The notes under the pieces are model-generated. The model did not search any database. It saw only the letters and a program-made list of their open reading frames with translations, and had not been told where the DNA came from. Positions 1 through 11,799 of a stretch of 64,000 nt of DNA are shown here, piece after piece. This stretch comes from Macrostomum lignano (taxonomy: Eukaryota). How positions within the stretch are numbered: position 1 is the stretch's first letter; the number at the start of each line of letters is the position of its first letter. The DNA is taken from assembly GCA_002269645.1 (NCBI GenBank), contig NIVC01001547.1, forward strand, positions 207,025-271,024, in the 5' to 3' direction. Made by a program: the position numbers and the translations under genes.

Positions 1-344
1 TCATCCTCGCTGCTACAGCCGTCTCTAATTACACCGTTTATTAATTGGCTGAGAGCCTGTCGTGCAGCGGTTTGCTCTCCGGCTATTTGATGCGCTTTCT
101 GCATAACTATGCGTCTTAAATTTTTCATTCCATTGTCTCCAGTAGGCAGCTGCTGATGCCCGCGGTGAGCTGTGAATTTTCCCGCTTTTCCTTCACGCTT
201 CATTACAACGCCACACTGCCAGCAAACGTTGAAAGTGCTCTTGTTGCACTCTTTGTGATGGCCAGGCTTTAAAAATCCAACAACGCACTTGTTGCAAGTT
301 AGGCAGACTTCAAAGGTAGCACATGAGTCGCTAATCTTCTTCAT
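1..344 (-). CDS. Partial Cys/His-rich ORF running off the left edge (unknown protein, possible zinc binding)
   Basis: ATG at 344 on the minus strand, 114 stop-free codons to position 1: MKKISDSCATFEVCLTCNKC...HHKEC...CWQC...HRGH... Preceded by a possible acceptor (CTGCAG) near 375. Absent from the ORF track because its stop lies outside the window. Confidence 0.45.
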   Translation of the reverse strand, partial: MKKISDSCATFEVCLTCNKCVVGFLKPGHHKECNKSTFNVCWQCGVVMKREGKAGKFTAHRGHQQLPTGDNGMKNLRRIVMQKAHQIAGEQTAARQALSQLINGVIRDGCSSED

Positions 345-455
345 TGTTGCGGCGGAAGAGAGAATTCGGAAGACTGCAGTTATTTTTCACTTCATTTATA
401 TATATACAATTTGCGGAACACTGACCACTGAATACAGTACCCTCCAATCCCCATT

Positions 456-1306
456 AAATGTACATCATTATTTGTTCCCCACCAACCCCAATCCAGTTGT
501 TCCTCAAACCGACCAATCCTCTCCAATCAGCATAAAATGTACATCATTATTTGTTCCCCACCAACCCCAATCCAGTTGTTCCTCAAACCGACCAATCCTC
601 TCCAATCAGCATAAAATGTACATCATTATTTGTTCCCCACCAACCCCAATCCAGTTGTTCCTCAAACCGACCAATCCTCTCCAATCAGCATAAAATGTAC
701 ATCATTATTTGTTCCCACCAACCCCAATCCAGTTGTTCCTCAAACCGACCAATCCTCTCCAATCAGCATAAAATGTACATCATTATTTGTTCCCCACCAA
801 CCCCAATCCAGTTGTTCCTCAAACCGACCAATCCTCTCCAATCAGCATAAAATGTACATCATTATTTGTTCCCCACCAACCCCAATCCAGTTGTTCCTCA
901 AACCGACCAATCCTCTCCAATCAGCATAAAATTTACATCATTATTTGTTCCCACCAACCCCAATCCAGTTGTTCCTCAAACCGACCAATCCTCTCCAATC
1001 AGCATAAAATGTACATCATTATTTGTTCCCCACCAACCCCAATCCAGTTGTTCCTCAAACCGACCAATCCTCTCCAATCAGCATAAAATGTACATCATTA
1101 TTTGTTCCCCACCAACCCCAATCCAGTTGTTCCTCAAACCGACCAATCCTCTCCAATCAGCATAAAATGTACATCATTATTTGTTCCCCACCAACCCCAA
1201 TCCAGTTGTTCCTCAAACCGACCAATCCTCTCCAATCAGCATAAAATGTACATCATTATTTGTTCCCCACCAACCCCAATCCAGTTGTTCCTCAAACCGA
1301 CCAATC
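456..1306. repeat. 79-bp tandem repeat, ~10.8 near-identical copies
   Basis: Unit AAATGTACATCATTATTTGTTCCCCACCAACCCCAATCCAGTTGTTCCTCAAACCGACCAATCCTCTCCAATCAGCATA; a few units are 78 bp (one C lost). Confidence 0.97.
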
Positions 1307-1907
1307 GAACCCCCATCCCTAATTTTCTTTCCAAGAACGGTGTACACAGCGCAGTTGTTGTGGTAGACTAGAAGAAGAAAAATAATTACTCGTACACGCC
1401 GATATTATTCTGGCGCAATAACAAACTTTGTGCTTAGTAGACCCCAGACCTTTATCTAATAAAATTTCCCACAATATTTACTTTATATTCATTGGGCTTC
1501 GTTCTGTACCATAAACCGCCTATACAGTTGTAAAACTGAGATCAACGGAAGAGCCTAGCAGTGAGAGCGTCGTGAGCCCCAACTAGCTTTTATGATCCGA
1601 ACACTGTATCATCCAGCCCTTCGGATTTTCATACCTATATTTTTCCCTTTACACCGCCGGCAAGACTTGAACTAACCACAGCTCTGCCCAGCCCCTTATA
1701 TCTCTCAGTGTACAATGGGGAGGGGGAGGGACATAGGTGCGTAGGCCTGCGCCATTGCCTAACCAACCTCAGACCCATACAACGCCTAACCCCCTCCTCT
1801 CGGATTTCCCCCATCCCACTTTCAAACCCAATGCAATAGGGCTCTATACTACCATGGCCCTCCTATCTCGGCAGAGTCTGGGTTTTTTGTGCGAATGGGT
1901 GCGAATA

Positions 1908-2124
1908 GCATCCTGGTCTTAAAAATCGCACCCTGAAATTTGACTCAGGGTGTGAAAAGCGCACCAGAATTTTTTGCAAGGATGTGATGCGGATTTAACA
2001 ATTTAGTGTTATGGACGTCTTTAGTGTTATTAGTGTTAGACCAGTTTTTGTCTGCAGCAGTGCAGCGCATCCTGGTCTTGAAGATCGCACCCTGAAATCT
2101 AGCACAGGGTGCGAAATCGCACCC
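1908..2124. repeat. Two diverged ~58-bp direct repeats, each containing a hairpin
   Basis: GCATCCTGGTCTT...CACCCTGA-aatttgac-TCAGGGTG at 1908-1967 and GCATCCTGGTCTT...CGCACCCTG-aaatctagca-CAGGGTGCG at 2067-2124. Confidence 0.8.
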
Positions 2125-2177
2125 AAGTTATGGACGAAAAAAAACCCAGGGCAGAATTGCATATGCGTTTCACCACT

Positions 2178-4120
2178 AGAGTGGAACAACTGTTTTAGAG
2201 CTCACCTCTCTGACCCTGCACAGTGAAAGTGCGACAGAGTTGAACAACTGTTTTAGAGCTCACCTCTCTGACCCTGCACAGTGAAAGTGCGGCAGAGTGG
2301 AACAACTGTTTTAGAGCTCACCTCTCTGACCCTGCACAGTGAAAGTGCGGCAGAGTTGAATAACTGTTTTAGAGCCCACCTCTCTGACCCTGCACAGTGA
2401 AAGTGCGGCAGAGTTGAACAACTGTTTTAGAGCTCACCTCTCTGTCCCTGCACAGTGAAAGTGCGGCAGAGTTGAACAACTGTTTTAGAGCTCACCTCTC
2501 TGTCCCTGCACAGTGAAAGTGCGGCAGAGTTGAACAACTGTTTTAGAGCTCACCTCTCTGTCCCTGCACAGTGAAAGTGCGGCAGAGTTGAACAACTGTT
2601 TTAGAGCCCACCTCTCTGTCCCTGCACAGTGAAAGTGCGGCAGAGTTGAACAACTGTTTTAGAGCCCACCTCTCTGTCCCTGCACAGTGAAAGTGCGGCA
2701 GAGTTGAACAACTGTTTTAGAGCTCACCTCTCTGTCCCTGCACAGTGAAAGTGCGGCAGAGTTGAACAACTGTTTTAGAGCCCACCTCTCTGTCCCTGCA
2801 CAGTGAAAGTGCGGCAGAGTTGAACAACTGTTTTAGAGCCCACCTCTCTGTCCCTGCACAGTGAAAGTGCGGCAGAGTTGAATAACTGTTTTAGAGCTCA
2901 CCTCTCTTTCCCTGCACAGTGAAAGTGCGGCAGAGTTGAACAACTGTTTTAGAGCCCACCTCTCTGTCCCTGCACAGTGAAAGTGCGGCAGAGTTGAATA
3001 ACTGTTTTAGAGCTCACCTCTCTGTCCCTGCACAGTGAAAGTGCGGCAGAGTTGAACAACTGTTTTAGAGCCCACCTCTCTGTCCCTGCACAGTGAAAGT
3101 GCGGCAGAGTTGAATAACTGTTTTAGAGCTCACCTCTCTTTCCCTGCACAGTGAAAGTGCGGCAGAGTTGAACAACTGTTTTAGTGCCCACCTCTCTGTC
3201 CCTGCACAGTGAAAGTGCGGCAGAGTTGAACAACTGTTTTAGAGCTCACCTCTCTGTCCCTGCACAGTGAAAGTGCGGCAGAGTTGAATAACTGTTTTAG
3301 AGCTCACCTCTCTTTCCCTGCACAGTGAAAGTGCGGCAGAGTTGAACAACTGTTTTAGAGCCCACCTCTCTGTCCCTGCACAGTGAAAGTGCGGCAGAGT
3401 TGAACAACTGTTTTAGAGCTCACCTCTCTGTCCCTGCACAGTGAAAGTGCGGCAGAGTTGAACAACTGTTTTAGAGCTCACCTCTCTGTCCCTGCACAGT
3501 GAAAGTGCGGCAGAGTTGAACAACTGTTTTAGAGCTCACCTCTCTGTCCCTGCACAGTGAAAGTGCGGCAGAGTTGAATAACTGTTTTAGAGCTCACCTC
3601 TCTGTCCCTGCACAGTGAAAGTGCGGCAGAGTTGAATAACTGTTTTAGAGCTCACCTCTCTGTCCCTGCACAGTGAAAGTGCGGCAGAGTTGAACAACTG
3701 TTTTAGAGCTCACCTCTCTGTCCCTGCACAGTGAAAGTGCGGCAGAGTTGAACAACTGTTTTAGAGCTCACCTCTCTGTCCCTGCACAGTGAAAGTGCGG
3801 CAGAGTTGAACAACTGTTTTAGAGCTCACCTCTCTGTCCCTGCACAGTGAAAGTGCGGCAGAGTTGAACAACTGTTTTAGAGCTCACCTCTCTGTCCCTG
3901 CACAGTGAAAGTGCGGCAGAGTTGAACAACTGTTTTAGAGCTCACCTCTCTGTCCCTGCACAGTGAAAGTGCGGCAGAGTTGAACAACTGTTTTAGAGCT
4001 CACCTCTCTGTCCCTGCACAGTGAAAGTGCGGCAGAGTTGAACAACTGTTTTAGAGCCCACCTCTCTGTCCCTGCACAGTGAAAGTGCGGCAGAGTTGAA
4101 CAACTGTTTTAGAGCTCACC
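2178..4120. repeat. 58-bp tandem repeat, ~33.5 copies
   Basis: Unit AGAGTTGAACAACTGTTTTAGAGCTCACCTCTCTGTCCCTGCACAGTGAAAGTGCGGC; the period is read from the 2-nt drift per 60-nt line; only a few variant positions. Confidence 0.97.
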
Positions 4121-4554
4121 AATCTCACCTCCACTTCAAACCCTACCCTTTCCACTCAAGCCCCGCACCCGTTACAAAGTTTATTGCCCATTTATTAGAA
4201 TCGCCAGAGCCAGACACTCAAGAAGACCAGAGCCTCTCTCTTATCTATTTCACTCCGCACTGACAAATAGTGCATAGGCATGCTATAGGATAAACACAGT
4301 GGGGACACCGAGGAGTTGCAATGGCCAGGCACAAATTGAGGTGGACGTTTCCACGCTATGCCTACCTTGTTTTTAATTTGTTTACTCTGCTATTCCAAAA
4401 CCTTCCGATTCTTTGCTTTGCTGCCTGCCACCCCCAGTGCGGCAGAGTTGCATAAGCGTTTCACCACCCAGCCAATCACACCCACCCCACGCCCTTATTT
4501 CCATTGGCTATCTCAGCTGGCTCTTTTACGCCCTGCTATCCTTTTACATTACCG

Positions 4555-7144
4555 CCAATGTTTGGGATTCACCAATGTTTGGGATCCACCAATGTTTAGA
4601 ATCCACCAATGTTTGGGTTCCACCAATGTTTGGGATCCCCCAATGTTTGGGTTCCACCAATGTTTGGGATTCACCAATGTTTGGGATCCACCAATGTTTA
4701 GGATCCACCAATGTTTAGGATGCCCCAATGTTTGGGATCCACCAATGTTTGGGTTCCACCAATGTTTAGGATCCAGCAATGTTTGGGTTCCACCATTGTT
4801 TGGGATTAACCAATGTTTGGGATTCACCAATGTTTGGGATCCAGTAATGTTTGGGATTCACCAATGTTTGGGATCCAGCAATGTTTGGGATCCAATAATG
4901 TTTGGGTTGCACCAATGTTTAGGATCCACCAATGTTTGGGATTCACCAATGTTTGGGATCCAGCAATGTTTTTGATAACCTAATGTTGGGGAAACCAATG
5001 TTTATGATCGACCAATAATAAGGATCAACCAGTGTTTTGCATTCACCAATGTTTTGGTTTCACCAATGTTTGGGTTCCACCAATGTTTGGGATTCACCAA
5101 TGTTTGGGATCCACCAATGTTTAGGATCCACCAATGTTTAGGATCCCCCAATGTTTGGGATCCACCAATGTTTAGGATCCACCAATATTTGGGATTCACC
5201 AATGTTTGCGATCCAGCAATGTTTGGGTTCCACCAATGTTTAGGATCCAGCAATGTTTTGCATTCACCAATGTTTGGGTTCCACCAATGTTTAGGATCCA
5301 CCAATGTTTGGATCCACCAATGTTTGGGATCCCCCAATGTTTGGGATCCACGGATGTTTGGGTTCCACCAATGTTTAGGATTCACCAATGTTTGCGATCC
5401 AGCAATGTTTGGGTTCCACCAATGTTTGGGATTAACCAATGTTTGGGATTCACCAATGTTTGGGATCCAGTAATGTTTGGGATTCACCAATGTTTGGGAT
5501 CCAGCAATGTTTGGGATCCAATAATGTTTGGGTTCCACCAATGTTTAGGATCCACCAATGTTTGGGATTCACCAATGTTTTGGTTTCACCAATGTTTGGG
5601 TTCCACCAATGTTTGGGATTCACCAATGTTTGGGATCCAGTAATGTTTAGGATCCCCCAAGGTTTGGGTTCCACCAATGTTTGGGATCCACCAATGTTTG
5701 GGTTCCACCAATGTTTAGGATCCACCAATGTTTGGGATTCACCAATGTTTGCGATCCAGCAATGTTTGGGTTCCACCAATGTTTGGGATTAACCAATGTT
5801 TGGGATTCACCAATGTTTGGGATCCAGTAATGTTTGGGATTCACCAATGTTTGGGATCCAGCAATGTTTGGGATCCAATAATGTTTGGGTTGCACCAATG
5901 TTTAGGATCCACCAATGTTTGGGATTCACCAATGTTTGGGATCCAGCAATGTTTGGGTTCCACCAATGTTGGAGATTAACCAACGTTTGGGATTAACCAA
6001 TGTTTTTGATAACCTAATGTTGGGGAAACCAATGTTTATGATCGACCAATAATTAGGATCAACCAGTGTTTTGCATTCACCAATGTTTTGGTTTCACCAA
6101 TGTTTGGGTTCCACCAATGTTTGGGATCCACCAATGTTTGGGTTCCACCAATGTTTAGGATCCCCCAATGTTTGGGATCCACCAATGTTTAGGATCCACC
6201 AATGTTTGGGATTCACCAATGTTTGCGATCCAGCAATGTTTGGGTTCCACCAATTTTTAGGATCCAGCAATGTTTTGCATTCACCAATGTTTGAGTTCCA
6301 CCAATGTTTAGGATCCACCAATGTTTAGGATCCACCAATGTTTAGGATCCCCCAATGTTTGGGATCCACGGATGTTTGGGTTCCACCAATGTTTGGGATC
6401 CACCAATGTTTGGGATTCACCAATGTTTTGGTTTCACCAATGTTTGGGTTCCACCAATGTTTGGGATTCACCAATGTTTGGGTTCCACCAATGTTTGGGA
6501 TTCACCAATGTTTGGGATCCCCCAATGTTTGGGATCCACGGATGTTTGGGTTCCACCAATGTTTAGGATCCACCAATGTTTGGGATTCACCAATGTTTGG
6601 GTTCCACCAATGTTTGGGATTCACCAATGTTTGGGATCCAGCAATGTTTGGGATTCACCAATGTTTGGGATTCACCAATGTTTGGGATTCACCAATGTTT
6701 GGGATTCACCAATGTTTTGGTTTCACCAATGTTTGGGTTCCACCAATGTTTGGGATTCACCAATGTTTGGGTTCCACCAATGTTTGGGATTCACCAATGT
6801 TTGGGATTCACCAATGTTTGGGATTCACCAATGTTTGGGATCCAGTAATGTTTGGGATTCACCAATGTTTGGGATCCAGCAATGTTTGGGATCCAATAAT
6901 GTTTGGGATCCAGTAATGTTTGGGATTCACCAATGTTTGGGATCCAGCAATGTTTGGGATCCAATAATGTTTGGGATTCACCAATGTTTGGGATCCAGCA
7001 ATGTTTGGGATTCACCAATGTTTGGGATCCAGCAATGTTTGGGATCCACCAATGTTTGGGATTCACCAATTTTTTGGATTCACCAATGTTTGGGATTCAC
7101 CAATGTTTGGGATCCACCAATGTTTGGGATTAACCAATGTTTTT
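4555..7144. repeat. 17-bp satellite, block 1
   Basis: Unit CCAATGTTTGGGATTCA with variants GGATCCA and GGTTCCA. Confidence 0.97.
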
Positions 7145-7346
7145 TGTAACACGCGGTATTTGGCAGCACCAAAAACACGCGAAGGCCCCGTGAGGCAGTG
7201 ATCGCTTTATTTATGCAAGTTGAAGCTAAGCCTGCGATGTACATAGAGAGCGAACGTACATTAAATCAATACGATGATTCAGCTAATTATTTGTCACGAT
7301 TGCTAACAGTTCAGACTGCCTCTAAGGCAAGGAATAAACTATTACA
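7145..7346 (-). repeat. 3' LTR (202 bp)
   Basis: TGTAACACGCGG...TATTACA; matches 11600-11799 apart from 3 substitutions and one 2-bp indel by eye. Confidence 0.95.
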
Positions 7347-7356
7347 TTTCTCCCCC
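7347..7356 (-). promoter_or_regulatory. Polypurine tract
   Basis: GGGGGAGAAA on the minus strand directly abutting the 3' LTR. Confidence 0.8.
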
Positions 7357-7487
7357 ACAAAAGGAGCATAGCGACAGGGAATAAAAAAAATGAGAGTGAG
7401 ACACAGCTAGCGAAATGTAGAGTAAAAAGAGGAACGCACACAGTAAAATACATTTCAATCACAGTCTCTGACAGTCCATGGCCTCAG

Positions 7488-10400
7488 TCACTCAGCGCTC
7501 ACACCGAGGTAGTCCGGAGGACGCCGCACCCTGGCCGGGTACCGCCGCTCTGCCTGGCTCGACTCCGGGGCGACCTCGTGGGTCACCGGCTGCTCGCGGA
7601 GCTGCTCCGCATCGGCCTGGGCTGCGAGCCGCCTGCGCAGCCGGTTCACGTGCACCCAGCGGACCGGCCGAATGCCGAAGGCGTGGCGGATGCGCACCGA
7701 GTGGCCGCGCTGCTCGAGCACCGTCCAGCCCGGCTCCCAGTACGGCGCCAGCTTCGATCGCCGCATCTCGATGCTGAGCAACACCTCGGTGCCTTGCAGA
7801 AACTGCGGCAGGTCCGACGCCTTCTTGTCCTGCGCCGCCTTCTGTTGCTGTCCGGCGGCCACCAGGTTTTCCTCAACGAACTCGCGGATGCGGGCCAACC
7901 GACGCTCCAGCAGCGCCGAGTAGGTGCCGATGTCATACTGCTGCTCGCTAGCCTGCACCTGTGGTGGAAGCTGCGGGTCGCGGCCGGTCATCACAGTCAG
8001 CGGCGTCACCTTGGTTGAGCTGTGGACCCTGGAGTTGTAGGACAGGACCACCAGCGGCAGCTGCTCCTCCCAGCTGGACTCACTCTCGGTGAACAGCCGC
8101 AGCAGTTGCAACAGCGATGGTTGGTAGGGCATGGTAGGGCGATGTGCGCGTCTTCCTGATGCCCAGCGCTCGCAGCGTCTCCTGGAACAGCTCGCTCTCG
8201 AAGTTCGCGCCCTGATCCGAGTGGATGACCGATGGGACTCCGAACAGCGAGAAAACCTTGACTGCAGCGTCCGCGATGGTCTTGGCAGTCTGGTCTGGCA
8301 TCGGCGTGGCGGTCAGGAACTTGGAGAACTGGTCCTGCATCACCAGCAGGTAGCTGTTGCCGCGGTCTGACAGCGGCACCTTCAGCACGTCGATGGCCAC
8401 AGTCTGCCAGGGCTTGCCGATCGGCATCTCTCCAAGTGGAGCCGCGGGCGCTGCTGCGCCTTCTTTAGCTGGCAGGTCTGGCACTCCTGGCAGAAACTCA
8501 CCACGTCGCTCTGCAGTCCCGGCCAGTACGCGGCCTGCTTCAGCGTATCGACCATCTTCTCTGGCCCGAAGTGGCCGCCGATGCCTTCGTGGAAGTCGGT
8601 CAGGAACTGGCGCCGCAGTGACTCCGGAATCACAGGAACGTCTCTCGGTCCTGCGGCGTCGTTGAATGCCCGGCAGAGAAAGCCATCTTGGATCCTCAGC
8701 TTCCGCCAGATGCGGCTGAGGTGTCTCAGGCTGGTGTCCGACCATCTTGGTGGCGTCGTGCTGTCCTTCTCCAGCGCCGCGAGGACCAGCTTGAGCTTCG
8801 GATCGGCAAGTTGCGCCTGCCGCATCTCCTGATTGGACACCTTCGGCTGTAGCTCCGTTGCCGACGCTCCGATCACCTCGCCGTGGCTTTCGTGCATCCT
8901 GGACAGGCCGTCCGCCTCGACGTTGTCGACGCCCTTGGTATACTTGATGGTGAAGGCGAACTCCTGCAGCAGCAACCGCCAGCGCCCAAGCCGGCCATGG
9001 CTGTCGACCCGCTGAGAATTCAGAAACGTGAGCGGGCAGTGGTCGGTGAAGACCGTGAAGTGCCGGCCAAGCAGGTAGTGCCTGTAGGTCTTCAGGGCGT
9101 GCAGGATAGCCAGGCACTCCTTCTCGACAGTTGAGTAGCCCTTCTCCGGTGCCGTAAGCGCTTTGCTGCAGTACTCAATCACCTGGTCTCCTTGCTTGAG
9201 CACGATGCCGACTCCGGTGTTGCTGGCATCCGTGTAAAGCTGGAACTCCTTGGAGAAATCCGGGTGGCCGATGATCGGCGGCTGCTGCAGGGCCTCCTTG
9301 AGACGTCGGAATGCCGTGCCGCACTCGCTGTTCCACTCGAACTTCTCTGTTTTGCTCGTCAGTCTGTGCAGCGGCCCGGCGATGTCGGAGAAGCTCGGCA
9401 CGTACTTCCTGTACTGGTTGCAGAGGCCCAGGAACTGCCGCACCTGCGTTGGCGAATGCGGTATCGGCCACTCCTGGATAGCGCGCACCTTCTCAGGGCT
9501 CACGGTGGCACCCTTGGCCGAGAACACGATGCCGAGAAAAGTGACCTCCGGCAGGCCTAGCTGGCACTTGCTGCCTCGGACGGTGAGCCCAGCGCCTCTG
9601 ATCTTCTCGAAGACTTCTCGCAGGTGCCGGAGATGCTCAGCCTTCGATCTGGAGAAGCACAGCGTGTCGTCCTTGTAGGTGAAGGTCTGCGCGGCGCCTT
9701 TGAACACGCGGTTCATTAGGATGGTGAACGAGCTCGGGCCGCCACAGACGCCCTGCGGCATCCGCTTGAACTGGTACAGCGGCATTCCGGGTCCTGGGCT
9801 GAAGGCCGTCTTCTGCTTTTCTTCCGGCTTCATCGGAATTTGGAAGTAGCCGCCGTTCAGGTCGATCACCGAGAAAATCTGGTTGCCAGCCAACTTGTCC
9901 TTGACGAAGTCCATCTGCGGAATGCCCTGCGCTGACCGCACCGTCTTCTTGTTCAGCTCGCGGTAATCGATCGTCAACCGCAGGTCACCGTTCTTCTTCC
10001 GCACGTACACTGGGGTCGCCACGTACGGGCTGTCCGACTCCTCGATGACGTCATTGTCCAGCAGCTCCTGAATCAGCTTCCTCACCTCGGGCTCCCAGTG
10101 CACCGGCAGCTTCCTCGGCGGGATCCGCACCGGAACATCGTCAGTCAGCGGGATGCTGTGCTCGTGTCGATCCGTCAGCCCTGGCCGCCTGGTGAAAATG
10201 TCGCTGAACTCGCGCACCAAAGCTCGGATGTCCGGGTCCTCCGCGACTGGCAGGTCGATCTCCTCCTTGGTGAAATCCGGCACCAGCTTCTCTTCAATTT
10301 CCTCGAGCTGACTGTCAGCATCGAGGTGACTCACGCCGTTGATCACACAAGAGTCCTTTGATGGGGTCTCTGCTGCACTGTCGCTGAAGTCCAGGCACAT

Positions 10401-10835
10401 GTTGCAGGCCTTGATGAAGTCCAGCCCGATGATGACGGCAGCAACCAGACCTTCAGACACGTAAAACGGGTGCCGCCGCTCGATGCCGCCGAGCGACACT
10501 GCCAGGCTGGCCACCTGCCGCACCGGCACCGCTTGCTGGATGACTGCCCGCAGCTCCAGGTGCACGCTCTCCAGCTGAGCTGGCCGCATGCTCTGCAGGA
10601 CCCGCTTGTCCACGATTGACACCTGGCTGCCTGAGTCGATAAGCGCCGTGACGTCCGCGCCTCCGATCCTGCACTGCAGCTTGGATGTCGCCGAGTTCGG
10701 CCTGATGACGACTGCCGCTGCGCTGCTGCTGGCTGCACCGCTCCCCTCTGCGCCCAGGAACAACCCACTCACGCTGGGGCCCGCGCTCAGAACTGGCCAG
10801 GGGTGCGGGCTCTGCCCCGGCCTGTGCCGTTTCCC
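7488..10835 (-). pseudogene. pol: Gypsy pol (aspartic protease, RT, RNase H, integrase), broken in the integrase
   Basis: ALIDSGS (PR); DLNGGYFQI, MPQG and YKDD (RT); LYTDAS, FTDH and ADGLSR (RNase H); HHCC finger (HEGIGGH...CQECQTC); VAIDV and HSDQG (IN). Frameshift near 8443 and a deletion near 8120-8140. Confidence 0.93.
10778..10835 (-). promoter_or_regulatory. Putative -1 ribosomal frameshift signal (G GGA AAC plus a pseudoknot) joining gag and pol
   Basis: The heptamer at 10835-10829 is in the gag frame; the -1 frame is open into pol (...AGC GTG AGT GGG...). A GC-rich stem follows after a 6-nt spacer. Confidence 0.8.
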
Positions 10836-11580
10836 GACGGCTGATTACAGTTCCTGGCGATGTGGCCGCGGCGGTGGCAGTTCCAGCAGGTCACCTCGCG
10901 CTGTCTCCACGCACCGCGAATCGCGCAGGAGTCCGAAACCTCTGAGCTCAGCTTCGCCGCCAGGTCTTGGACCGTCGCCTGCAGCGAGCTGACCGCAGCC
11001 CTCAGTTCTGCCGTCTCCGCGCTGCCTGCAGCTCCGGCTGCCGCTGCAAGAGGCTGCTTGAATCCGTCCGTGGTGGCAGAAGGCAGCTCCAGTAGCAGTT
11101 GTGCCCGTGCGAGAGCGTCACTCACGGTCTTGGCTGACGCGTCCGCTCTGATCTGCTTGCTGATGTCCACCGGCAGTCCGCGGATGAACTGGTGAGTCAG
11201 CATGGTGGCCGTTGCGCCTGCCTCGCTGATGCCAGCGTCCTTTAGCAGCTGCTTCAGGTGATAGAGAAAAAGAGCCGAGGAGATTCGCCCGGCAGCAGCT
11301 TCCGGCTCTCGAATGCATCCAGCGCTGAGAATTGCTGGCTGTCCGGGTGAAATGCCTGGCTCAGAGCTTTGGTCACTTTGCTGTAGTCGCTCTTGCTATT
11401 CTCGTCGAGCTCAAGAAAAACAGCCAGAGCCTCACCATCCAAAAACGTTGGCAGGTGCAAATGCTTGTCATTTACCCACTTGTTGGCTGCCGCGCACAGC
11501 TCAAACCGCTGGAGCCACTCCTTAAAGTTGCCTGAGCTGAACGCCCTAGGAATCGCACGGTGACTGCCGCCCTCTGCCAT
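10787..11580 (-). pseudogene. gag: Gypsy gag with CCHC zinc knuckle, one frameshift
   Basis: MAEGGSHRAIPRAFSSGNFKEWLQRFE... The frame breaks at a T5 run (11267-11271; T3 or T6 would restore it), then continues ...HQFIRGLP...CWNCHRRGHIARNC. Confidence 0.9.
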
Positions 11581-11586
11581 AGTACA

Positions 11587-11597
11587 CTCTGCTACCA
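11587..11597 (-). promoter_or_regulatory. Primer-binding site for initiator tRNA-Met
   Basis: TGGTAGCAGAG lies 2 nt inside the 5' LTR and is complementary to the animal tRNA-iMet 3' end CUCUGCUACCA. Confidence 0.85.
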
Positions 11598-11599
11598 CT

Positions 11600-11799
11600 T
11601 GTAACACGCGGTATTTGGCAGCACCAAAAACACGAAGGCCCCGTGAGGCAGTGATCGCTTTATTTATGCAAGTTGAAGTTAAGCCTGCGATGTACATAGA
11701 GAGCGAACGTACATTAAATCAATACGATGATTCAGCTAATTATTTGTCACGATTGCTAACAGTTTAGACTGCCTCTAAGGCAAGGAATAAAATATTACA
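11600..11799 (-). repeat. 5' LTR (200 bp)
   Basis: TG...CA ends; near-identical to 7145-7346. Confidence 0.95.

Larger units (their letters stand above)
7145..11799 (-). mobile_element. Full-length Ty3/Gypsy LTR retrotransposon with disabling lesions, inserted in the 17-bp satellite
   Basis: Two TG...CA LTRs, PBS, PPT, gag with CCHC knuckle, and pol in the order PR-RT-RNaseH-IN. Confidence 0.97.

Noticed and set aside
289-1371. Overlapping ORFs of 60-134 aa in the 79-bp array
   Set aside because: They are frame-cycling translations of a non-triplet repeat.
2178-4120. CRISPR array: the unit contains GTTTTAGAGCT, the first 11 nt of the SpCas9 repeat/sgRNA scaffold
   Set aside because: The units are head-to-tail and near-identical with no unique spacers, there are no cas genes, and the context is eukaryotic; a chance match.
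4555-7144. 17-bp unit as a CENP-B box
   Set aside because: Only the length matches; the TTCG....A..CGGG core is absent.
7478-11697. Numerous plus-strand and alternate-frame ORFs over the Gypsy element
   Set aside because: Shadow ORFs caused by high GC content opposite or overlapping gag/pol.
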